Made by a program: the position numbers and the translations under genes. This document shows, piece after piece, positions 41,480 to 49,782 of a DNA stretch of 64,000 bases. The stretch lies in contig CAVRJM010000001.1 of assembly GCA_963722075.1 (NCBI GenBank), positions 928,001 to 992,000 of the forward strand, given 5' to 3'. The first letter of the stretch is position 1. Each line of letters starts with the position of its first letter. This DNA comes from Candidatus Babeliales bacterium (GTDB taxonomy: Bacteria; Babelota; Babeliae; Babelales; JANWKD01). The notes under the pieces are model-generated. The model made no database searches, was not told where the DNA came from, and saw only the letters and a list, made by a program, of their open reading frames with translations.

Positions 41480-41740
41480 TTAAATTCCCAATTTTTTAGA
41501 AAATTCCTCTAGACTTATCTCAGTCAGATTTTTCCTCTTTTCAATGTTTTTAAGAGATTTAATAGTCTCTTTATTGGGGATATGCTCGCTCTTAAGACAT
41601 TCATCATAAGCTTCTAAAGCTTCCATAATAACTTCTCGCATGCTTTTTCCCAAAATCGCCGCCCTGCTTTTAAGCTTTCTATGCTGTTCTTTAGGGATCT
41701 CTATGATAATTCGTGAAATATTATTGCGTGGAACACTCAT
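41480..41740 (-). CDS. Antitoxin (ribbon-helix-helix, DinJ/RelB-like tail)
   Basis: Directly upstream of toxin; RIIIEIP..LKSRAA; IPNKETIKSL. Confidence 0.8.
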   Translation of the reverse strand: MSVPRNNISRIIIEIPKEQHRKLKSRAAILGKSMREVIMEALEAYDECLKSEHIPNKETIKSLKNIEKRKNLTEISLEEFSKKLGI

Positions 41741-41910
41741 TCATTTATCCTTTATTTAATATTTATATAAATATATATTACAATAAATATATAAATATTG
41801 CAATGTTTTAATAAATTTTATATCATTGAAAATGATCAAAACTAGGTCAAATAACCTAAGGTCTATACTCCCCAAACAGACTTGGGAAATGAAATAAAGT
41901 ATTATGAATT

Positions 41911-42067
41911 ATGGAAAAAATTATTAAAAATAGTATTCGAGAGCAATTTCTTAAAAAAACAAATCAAGAATATGAGTTATTAAAAAAAGATCCTAAAGCT
42001 TATGCTGACTATCTTCAAGAAATTTGAAGAATGGGATATTGCTTTATTAGATGGTCTAAATCAGTAG
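41911..42067 (+). pseudogene. Frameshifted antitoxin-like remnant
   Basis: EQFLKKTNQEYELLKKDPKAYADYLQE / FEEWDIALLDGL across a 1-nt frameshift. Confidence 0.5.
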
Positions 42068-42072
42068 TTTCT

Positions 42073-43272
42073 TTAACTAATTACTGAAGACAAATTAAAC
42101 AATGGAACATACAAGGCAAAAACAAGCGATGTTATTAATAACCCCAAAATAATCATTAAAAGCGGTTGTAATAACGTAGCTAATGTTGTCAAAGTACGAT
42201 TAATCTGCTCTTTATATAACTGTGCTATCTGCTCAAAAACAAATGGCATACATGCCGATTCATGCCCTACTGCCAATAATGCAACTACTTGATCAGGAAA
42301 AAGGCTCTTTTCATTTTTGATAGCAGTTGCAAAAGATGCTCCTTCCAAAATAGCACATTGAACGCGCGCCATAGCCGCTCTTAAATAATAATTGCTGATC
42401 GATTGCTGTGCTATTTCTAACGCAGTAACCAAATGTATGCCTCTTTTAGTTAATAATGCTAAGGACTGAAAATAATAAACGAAAGTGATATGGTGCGTAA
42501 TCGTTTTTAAAATTGGAATAGTTACCATGCCCCATTCTATTGCACGAAGCATTACTTTGCTCCGTTTAAGTACATAACTAATACCGGTTATTATTATTGC
42601 CGCAAGAATACTATAGATCGGGAACCATATGGTTCTTACAAAATCACTGAGTAAAAAAATGAAAGCGGTGCTGGTGGAACATGATTGATTACACGAAGAA
42701 AAGAGCGCATTAAAGCGCGGTACAATAACAACTATGATAATAGTGGCAATAAGAACAAAAAATACAAATGTAATAAATGGCATTAATAGTATTGATCGAA
42801 TTTTTTTCTTAAAATTAAGAAATAATTCTTGGTAAGTACATAATTCTTCTAAAGCCGGCACCATCGTTCCTGATTCCTGCCCCGCTTGAACAATAACAAT
42901 ACTTAATTCATCAAAAACTAAGGGATAATTACGTAACGCATGTGCAAGCGTAATACCATTTTGAATATCGGTTAATACATCTTGAATAATAGCCTTAAAA
43001 TAGTTCTTTTTTATTTGGTGCATAATAAGCAGTAACGCTTGATCTAAATAAATACCCGCAGCTAGTAATAATCGTAATTGTCTAAAAAAGGTAATTTTCT
43101 CAGCTAATGAAATTGTATGAATTAATGGAAATGGCTTTTTTATTGCATAGCGCAGCAACGCAATCTGCTCTTGAAATAATAACGAGGAAAGCTCTTCATG
43201 GGAATGTGCTACAAACACGCCCGAGCGTGTTTTACCCATTATATCTATGCCATACCATTTATATTGCGGCAC
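42073..43272 (-). CDS. pilC: Type IV pilus / T2SS platform protein (PilC/GspF family)
   Basis: FFRQL..LL.AGI, AGQESGT, LQPLLMIILG, ALYVPLF. Confidence 0.88.
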   Translation of the reverse strand: MPQYKWYGIDIMGKTRSGVFVAHSHEELSSLLFQEQIALLRYAIKKPFPLIHTISLAEKITFFRQLRLLLAAGIYLDQALLLIMHQIKKNYFKAIIQDVLTDIQNGITLAHALRNYPLVFDELSIVIVQAGQESGTMVPALEELCTYQELFLNFKKKIRSILLMPFITFVFFVLIATIIIVVIVPRFNALFSSCNQSCSTSTAFIFLLSDFVRTIWFPIYSILAAIIITGISYVLKRSKVMLRAIEWGMVTIPILKTITHHITFVYYFQSLALLTKRGIHLVTALEIAQQSISNYYLRAAMARVQCAILEGASFATAIKNEKSLFPDQVVALLAVGHESACMPFVFEQIAQLYKEQINRTLTTLATLLQPLLMIILGLLITSLVFALYVPLFNLSSVIS

Positions 43273-43403
43273 CGCAAACTCCTTTTATTTAATACAAATT
43301 GGTGTACTTATATCGTAATAATGCAAAAGTAATATTGTGAAGATTTAGCTTATTACGGTGCATAATAGACTATTATAGAGCTCTTTTTGGAAACAATTGT
43401 ATA

Positions 43404-43488
43404 ACTGGATTCCTACGTCACTACACTTCACTTCGTTCCTCAGAATGACATGGTTACTGTCATCTTGAGCGCAGCGTAAAGATCCAGT
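43404..43488. repeat. Paired palindromic repeats
   Basis: ACTGGATTCC...CAGAATGACA and TGTCATCTTGAGC...GATCCAGT. Confidence 0.8.
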
Positions 43489-43509
43489 AATTTAATTACT
43501 TCCTTTAAA

Positions 43510-43866
43510 TTATCCCTTCGACCGTGGATGGGGAATAATAGCAGTAACAACTATAGATTCTTTTTGATCACCGTAATACCAAAAAATGCGATAAGCATGC
43601 GGCGTATGTTGCTCCACATATGCTTCAAACAGCTTTTGGCCATCAGGCCCCTTAGTCCCATGGTATTCATGAGTATTTAATGAAGGATGACGCAAATTTT
43701 CCTGCATAAAATGCAATGCTTTGATAACATCTTTTAATACACGAGCTTGAGAATGATCACGATTCAACTCCTCAAGTTCTTTTAAGGCATCTTCAGTGAA
43801 AATAACTTTCAACAAATTTTTTGTCCCCGTAACCCCATTTGTGTTCCCATACACCCTTAAAATCAT
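43510..43866 (-). CDS. RelE-like toxin-fold protein (orphan)
   Basis: VIFTEDALKEL, HPSLNTH, YRIFW, IIPHP; start uncertain. Confidence 0.55.
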   Translation of the reverse strand: MILRVYGNTNGVTGTKNLLKVIFTEDALKELEELNRDHSQARVLKDVIKALHFMQENLRHPSLNTHEYHGTKGPDGQKLFEAYVEQHTPHAYRIFWYYGDQKESIVVTAIIPHPRSKG

Positions 43867-43898
43867 AATAAAGCATCACTGAATGCCTTTTCAATATC

Positions 43899-44195
43899 CT
43901 AGAAAATAATCTTTTGTTGAACTGCTTTTTCTAAGCCAATTCTTTCTAAAAACTGCTCATAGGTAAGTGGCGTATCAATTTTTATTTTTTTAGTGCGGCC
44001 CGTTGCGCCCGCAATAAGCGAAATACTACGAATGGGGATTTTTAATGAATCGGCAATAAATTCAAGTAATTCCATATTAGCACGGCCCTTTTCGGGCGCA
44101 TTTTTAAGATAGCATTTGAGCCGACCGGATTTATCCAGTAGCCAGCAACGGCGGCCACTACTAGGTGTCACTTTAACCTCTATGATAAGAGCCAT
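43899..44195 (-). CDS. DUF167 (YggU-like) protein
   Basis: VKVTP, APEKGRAN.EL, GATGRTK. Confidence 0.88.
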   Translation of the reverse strand: MALIIEVKVTPSSGRRCWLLDKSGRLKCYLKNAPEKGRANMELLEFIADSLKIPIRSISLIAGATGRTKKIKIDTPLTYEQFLERIGLEKAVQQKIIF

Positions 44196-44307
44196 AGTAA
44201 TATACCCTTTCTATTAGCAAGCTAGTAATATTTATTGGTAATAATATTTAAGAATACTTGCATAAATTAGCAAATATTTTATCCTGATTTATATTTTCTT
44301 TGCTTAA

Positions 44308-44398
44308 GGAGAGATGGCTGAGCGGTCTAAAGCGCTTGCCTGCTAAGCAAGAGCTCCAGAAATGGGGCACGAGGGTTCGAATCCCTCTCTCTCCGCCA
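44308..44398 (+). tRNA. tRNA-Ser(GCT)
   Basis: Anticodon arm CTTGC-CTGCTAA-GCAAG; long variable arm; CCA. Confidence 0.96.
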
Positions 44399-44513
44399 GT
44401 CATTTCCTTCAGAAATGCCTGGCAGGCCAGTTAAGGTCAATTGATAAAGAAGATTGCCCGTGCGCCGTAACTTTAGTGAAGGAGCATCCGGCATAGCTGT
44501 AAGCGACGACGGA
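44399..44513 (+). repeat. tRNA 3'-linked composite element
   Basis: Palindrome shared with tRNA-Leu/Arg; 36-bp block shared with tRNA-Ser(TGA); further GC-rich hairpins. Confidence 0.8.
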
Positions 44514-44577
44514 CTAATTTATTCTCCTATCGGTTTGAAATTGATGCAAAGACTAGACATTTTAATTGAAATAATAC

Positions 44578-44654
44578 GCGCCTATAGCTCAATTGGATAG
44601 AGCGTCAGACTACGGATCTGAAGGTTTAAGGTTCGACTCCTTATAGGCGCACCA
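44578..44654 (+). tRNA. tRNA-Arg(ACG)
   Basis: Anticodon arm TCAGA-CTACGGA-TCTGA; GGTTCGACTCC; CCA. Confidence 0.96.
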
Positions 44655-44765
44655 GGCATTTCTGAGGGAAATGACTGGCAAGCCAGCTACGCCATAGCGC
44701 ATAAAGCGGCGGACTTGTCCCGCCGAAGCTTGCCAAGTTGGAAGGCATGGATAAGCGTAAGCGGA
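44655..44765 (+). repeat. tRNA 3'-linked element with inverted core, plus further hairpins
   Basis: GGCATTTCTGAGGGAAATGAC-TGGCAAGCCA. Confidence 0.8.
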
Positions 44766-44817
44766 TTGAAATTATAACGTAATTTGTTATAAATTATATA
44801 AACACTGAAATTTATAC

Positions 44818-44909
44818 GGAGAGATGGCAGAGCGGTCGAATGCGGCGGTCTTGAAAACCGTTATCCCGAGAGATCGGGATCGTGGGTTCGAATCCCACTC
44901 TCTCCTCCA
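44818..44909 (+). tRNA. tRNA-Ser(TGA)
   Basis: Anticodon arm GCGGT-CTTGAAA-ACCGT; long variable arm; CCA. Confidence 0.96.
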
Positions 44910-45055
44910 ATCTTCGCCTGCATGAGAATAACTTCGAAGGCAAATTAGGCTACGATTGGCTAACCGCCAGTTAAGGTCAATTGATAAAGAAGATTGTCCG
45001 TCGTAGCTCAGGCGTGCTTCAGCAATATCCCATCGCAAGCGAAGACTGGACAGCC
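44910..45055 (+). repeat. tRNA 3'-linked composite element
   Basis: CCAATC...GATTGG hairpin, then GCCAGTTAAGGTCAATTGATAAAGAAGATTG block. Confidence 0.75.
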
Positions 45056-45393
45056 TGGCATGCCAATTCTTTTAAGGAAATATTTCCCCCCAAAACCCCT
45101 TTGTATCCAAAAAAAACTCTTAAAATACAAATTAAAAAGCCATTTTAATCCATACTTTCTATTTTTTATGGTAAAAAAGGGTCTAAACATACATTTTTTT
45201 GCCATTGTTCTGCCGTTATTTTGCCAATAAAAACTCGTTATTTCAGTTTTAGCGATATTTTGTATATAAAATACTATTTTATGGCTTTTTAACTGGAATT
45301 ATCAACAAATTTCTATTTGACAATTTATAAAATCTATACTATATTTTAATTACTGTTAATACATATTTTATGGATAAAAATAGAGGTTATTTC

Positions 45394-47595
45394 ATGAAGT
45401 TAGTTAAAAAATTATTACTTGCCGCTTTCGCGCTTCCCTTATTAAACGCACAAGGTATGGAACCTGATTCAGTTGATATCGATTCCAGCACAATAGCGTT
45501 ATTTAAAACCAATGATAAGCAAAATGTTGCTATAGAGTTTAAATATATTGCTCATCAATCTAAAACACTGGTAAATCAGATTAAAGCTGCTGGTACGCTG
45601 AATGAAGCAACTGAAATCCCTTGCTCAAAAGAAACATTTATAATACTTCAAGCCGCATTGCAAGAAGCTTATATCCATAATTGTATTAATGATGAGTTTT
45701 TTGAAAGTCTTACATCTTTAAATCCAGAGCAACTTATTAATATAGCTAATGCTGCCAGTTGGGCTGATTTCCAATCACTTATAAAAACCGTAATAGAAAT
45801 AATTGGGCAGCGTTGCTTAAAGCATGAGAGTTACTTACCGCACGAGATATTAGAATCTTATCATTCATTAGGGTTAAATGATGTTTTAACAGAATTGATA
45901 AGAAATCTGCTTGATAAAAAAACATCTCAGAATGAACCAGCAGAAAATGAAGCTCAAGTAACATTAGTTGCCAATGATGGCAAAGAATTTAAAATATTAA
46001 AATCAATAGCCAGCCATTTCAAGACAATTCAACATATTATGGGCGATTATGATAATGAGACTGAAGCAATTCCTTTGCCTAATGTGGCTTCAGAAACATT
46101 ACAAACATTAATTTCCATAGCTAAGAACATAAACCAAGAAAATCCCGAACCAATAAGCATTATGGAAGGATTAATACCACAAGATACTCAAAAAATTATC
46201 GATCTTTTTACTGCTGCTGATTATTTAGGCAGTGAATATATATGCAATGGCCTTATTTCCATTATTGAAAAAAAATTGAATGATTCTGAATTACTTAATG
46301 ATTATGATAAAATTGCTTGGCTCTTACAAAACAGCACTCCATCCCTTATTCAGAAATTAGACCTCACTACTTTTTTTACTTCACTAATTCCTGATCAAAT
46401 TACCGCAACTACATTGACTGGCCATAGTTACTTTATTGCTTCAGTAGCTTTTAGCCCGAATAATAAATTACTTGCAACGGGATCTGATCAAACTATTAAA
46501 ATATGGGATGTTGTTGATGGCTCTTGCATAAAAACCTTAAAGGGCCGTAATCTTATTGATCTTATAGCATTTAGCCCTAACGGACAGATACTTGCTACTG
46601 GTTCGACTTGGAAAAAAATCGTTCAACTATGGAATGTTGTTAGTGGTTCTTGCCTACACACCTTAACTGTGCATGATGATTCTGATCTTAGTTGTTTTGC
46701 CTTTAGCCCAGATGGTACTCTCCTTGCAACTGATTCCGATGATAACATTAAACTATGGAATGTTATTGATGGTTCAAGCTTATTTACTTTAACCGATGTT
46801 TGTTTACACATCAGTTGTCTTGCTTTTAGCCCCGATGGCAATCTTCTTGTAACGAGCTCTGATAAAAAGATTAAATTATGGAATGTTGTTGATGGCTCTT
46901 GCATAAACACCTTAAAGGGCCATAAGAAAGATATTAAAAATCTTGCATTTAGTCCAAATGGTAAGATACTTGCCTCTATTTCAAGAGATAAAGTTATTAA
47001 ATTATGGGATGCTACTTCATTTGACTGCTTGCATACATTAGTTAGTCCTCCTACTAACAATAATACTCAAAGGTATATCTGCCGTGACCATATAGTTTTT
47101 AGTCCAGATGGTAATCTTCTGGCAACTGTTGTGGCTGGAGATTCAATGCTTAACATATGGGACGTGCATAAGGGCTCTCATCTATATACATTAACCGGCC
47201 ATACTCATCTCATAAGCGGGTTAACCTTTAGCCATAATGGTAATAAAATTATTACTGCATCTTGGGATAAAACAGTTAAATTATGGGACATTAAAACCGG
47301 TGTTTGTTTAAAGACCTTAACAGAGCATACCCAAGAAGTTCGATGCCTTACTCTAAGTCCTAATGGCCACCTACTTGCTACTGGTTCCAAAGATAATACT
47401 ATTAAATTATGGCGTCTTTTTGATGAAGAACTTTTAAATTTATCTTGTGAACAACTCTTATTATTAAAATTTTATTATGAAGCTCATAAACATACTATTC
47501 CTTTTGAATGTTCTGACCAACCCTACTTAAAAGAACTACATGATAGTTATCCATCCTCAATTCGTATATGGATTAATAAATTAACTAAGAAATGA
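45394..47595 (+). CDS. Exported Skp1/BTB-like x2 + WD40 repeat protein
   Basis: Start at MKLVKK after AGAGG; TLVANDGKEF, IPLPNV, LFTAADYL; AFSPxG...IKLWD repeats. Confidence 0.85.
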   Translation: MKLVKKLLLAAFALPLLNAQGMEPDSVDIDSSTIALFKTNDKQNVAIEFKYIAHQSKTLVNQIKAAGTLNEATEIPCSKETFIILQAALQEAYIHNCINDEFFESLTSLNPEQLINIANAASWADFQSLIKTVIEIIGQRCLKHESYLPHEILESYHSLGLNDVLTELIRNLLDKKTSQNEPAENEAQVTLVANDGKEFKILKSIASHFKTIQHIMGDYDNETEAIPLPNVASETLQTLISIAKNINQENPEPISIMEGLIPQDTQKIIDLFTAADYLGSEYICNGLISIIEKKLNDSELLNDYDKIAWLLQNSTPSLIQKLDLTTFFTSLIPDQITATTLTGHSYFIASVAFSPNNKLLATGSDQTIKIWDVVDGSCIKTLKGRNLIDLIAFSPNGQILATGSTWKKIVQLWNVVSGSCLHTLTVHDDSDLSCFAFSPDGTLLATDSDDNIKLWNVIDGSSLFTLTDVCLHISCLAFSPDGNLLVTSSDKKIKLWNVVDGSCINTLKGHKKDIKNLAFSPNGKILASISRDKVIKLWDATSFDCLHTLVSPPTNNNTQRYICRDHIVFSPDGNLLATVVAGDSMLNIWDVHKGSHLYTLTGHTHLISGLTFSHNGNKIITASWDKTVKLWDIKTGVCLKTLTEHTQEVRCLTLSPNGHLLATGSKDNTIKLWRLFDEELLNLSCEQLLLLKFYYEAHKHTIPFECSDQPYLKELHDSYPSSIRIWINKLTKK

Positions 47596-47616
47596 AGAGA
47601 ATAATGGAGTTATAAA

Positions 47617-49773
47617 ATGAAATTAATTAAAAAATTATTATTCCTCATGTGTGCACTTACTATAGCACAGAGCTATGGTATGAAGCGTAAAGCATCAGAA
47701 ATAGGATCTACATCAAAAACTAGTAATAAAAAAATAGAATATGATTCTGAAGTTATTGTTACATTTAAAACTACTGATGATCAATCTATACCGGTAAAAT
47801 TACACTATATTTCTGAGTATTCTAGAACATTATATGATATGTTTATAGATGCAAACGATTCAAATGAACCTATTCCAGTACCATTTTCATCAGAACCATT
47901 CACTTTTATCAGTGTTGCATTAGAAACAGCTTCCCACGGATCTTTTGATGCAAAGTTTGATGAAAAACTTGAATCGTTGAGCATATCTCAACTTATTGAT
48001 ATTGCTAATGCTGCTTCTTGGACCGATTTCCAACTTCTTATAGAATCAGTAGTAAAAGCACTTACTAATCGCTGCTTAAAAAATCCTTGTGCTCAAATAT
48101 TACGCAAATATAAAAAAAAAGATTTAGCTGATGCGCTACTTACTATAATTACTACTAACCTTATTGTTTTAGCCACTAATGATGGTAAAACATTTACCAT
48201 TTCATGCGATGAAATAACCGATTTTAAAGTTATTCAAAAAATGTTTAATGATCTTGAAAACAATAGTGAACCAATTCCACTACCTAATATTTCTTCCCCC
48301 ATATTAGAAGTACTTTTATATTGCAACAAGCATACAAGTAATTCGCAATCCATTATGAAGGAACTAATGGCTTATGATTTGAAACCTCTCTTTGACCTTT
48401 TTAATGCTGCTGATTATTTAGATCATGAAAAACTAGTCCATTTATTTGCCAGTATTATCGGTAAAAAGTTAAGTGATCCTGCATCATTACATGATTATGA
48501 GGACGTTGCTTGGGTTTTACAAAATAGCTCACCGTTACTTATTGAAAACCTACATAACGCATCATTCTTTAATTCATTACTTCAGCTGGTCTGTATACCA
48601 GATAAAATTAGTGAAACTACCCTGACAAATGACGGAGAATATTTCCAAATTGCTTTTGGTCCTGGTGATCAAACGCTTATAGCGAATGGTCACAGAAATG
48701 TTACGGTATGGGATACCAATTCTAATACCTGGATAAATACATTACCTAGGTTAAACAACGATTATCATTCCCAAGTGATCTTGTGCCCTAGTGCACAAAT
48801 CGCTGCTATTACTGGCCCCAGTGTTATTAAACTATATGATGTTATTACTAATAACTGTATCCTCACCTTAACAAACACTCCCGCTTGGGTTAAATATTTT
48901 GACTTTAGTCCTGATGGGAAAACCTTTGCTTTTTCTGACGACTATACTACCCAACTATGGAGTACACATACCGGTGAACATCTCCATACTTTAAGTTCTA
49001 CTGATTCAAATCATTTTTTTGCCTTTAGCCCTGATGGAAAAATCATTGCTAATTGTACTAAGAAAGCTATCAAATTATGGAATGTTACGACTGGAAGCTG
49101 TATCCATACTTTAGAAATTTCAGATAAATATATTGATCTTATTGTCGATTTAAAATTTAGTCCAGATGGGCAAACTTTAGCTACTTCCTCTTGGGATACC
49201 ACTACTAAATTATGGAATGTCATTACTGGAGAATGTATCTATACATTGCAAGGCCATAGTGGGGGAATCGAGGATATTGCCTTCAGTCCTAATGGCCAAA
49301 TCCTTGCTACTAGTTCTGTTGATCAAACTATTAAATTATGGGATGTTACTACTGGTGAATGTCTTCAAACGTTAAATATATTCAAAAAAGCGAATCGTAT
49401 TACCTTTAGCCCTGACAGTTGCATACTTGCTAGTTCTTCAAATAACATTATTCAATTATGGGATACTATTACTGGTAACTATATTCACACGATAAGCACA
49501 CATACTCAAACAATTCAATCTCTTGCCTTTAGTTCTAACAACCACATACTCGCTAGCGCATCAAATAGTACCATTAAATTACATCCTATCAGAGATCAAG
49601 AATTGTTAAATACGTATTGTAGTCTACCGCTAGAACAATTATTATTGCTTGCTTTCTGCCATAATGCTCATAGCCACCATATACCTTTTAATTTCTCTCA
49701 GCATGCATATTTAAATGAAATTTATGAAAGTTGCCCGGACACTGTTCGAACACGGATCCCGGATTTAAAATAG
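47617..49773 (+). CDS. Exported Skp1/BTB-like x2 + WD40 repeat protein
   Basis: LATNDGKTF, EPIPLPNI, LFNAADYL; WD40 repeats. Confidence 0.85.
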   Translation: MKLIKKLLFLMCALTIAQSYGMKRKASEIGSTSKTSNKKIEYDSEVIVTFKTTDDQSIPVKLHYISEYSRTLYDMFIDANDSNEPIPVPFSSEPFTFISVALETASHGSFDAKFDEKLESLSISQLIDIANAASWTDFQLLIESVVKALTNRCLKNPCAQILRKYKKKDLADALLTIITTNLIVLATNDGKTFTISCDEITDFKVIQKMFNDLENNSEPIPLPNISSPILEVLLYCNKHTSNSQSIMKELMAYDLKPLFDLFNAADYLDHEKLVHLFASIIGKKLSDPASLHDYEDVAWVLQNSSPLLIENLHNASFFNSLLQLVCIPDKISETTLTNDGEYFQIAFGPGDQTLIANGHRNVTVWDTNSNTWINTLPRLNNDYHSQVILCPSAQIAAITGPSVIKLYDVITNNCILTLTNTPAWVKYFDFSPDGKTFAFSDDYTTQLWSTHTGEHLHTLSSTDSNHFFAFSPDGKIIANCTKKAIKLWNVTTGSCIHTLEISDKYIDLIVDLKFSPDGQTLATSSWDTTTKLWNVITGECIYTLQGHSGGIEDIAFSPNGQILATSSVDQTIKLWDVTTGECLQTLNIFKKANRITFSPDSCILASSSNNIIQLWDTITGNYIHTISTHTQTIQSLAFSSNNHILASASNSTIKLHPIRDQELLNTYCSLPLEQLLLLAFCHNAHSHHIPFNFSQHAYLNEIYESCPDTVRTRIPDLK

Positions 49774-49782
49774 AGGTTTTAA

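Noticed and set aside
44787..45230. ORFs 44787-45038, 44994-45230 and 45008-45205
   Set aside because: They are antisense to or overlap a tRNA and repeats, and show no protein motifs.
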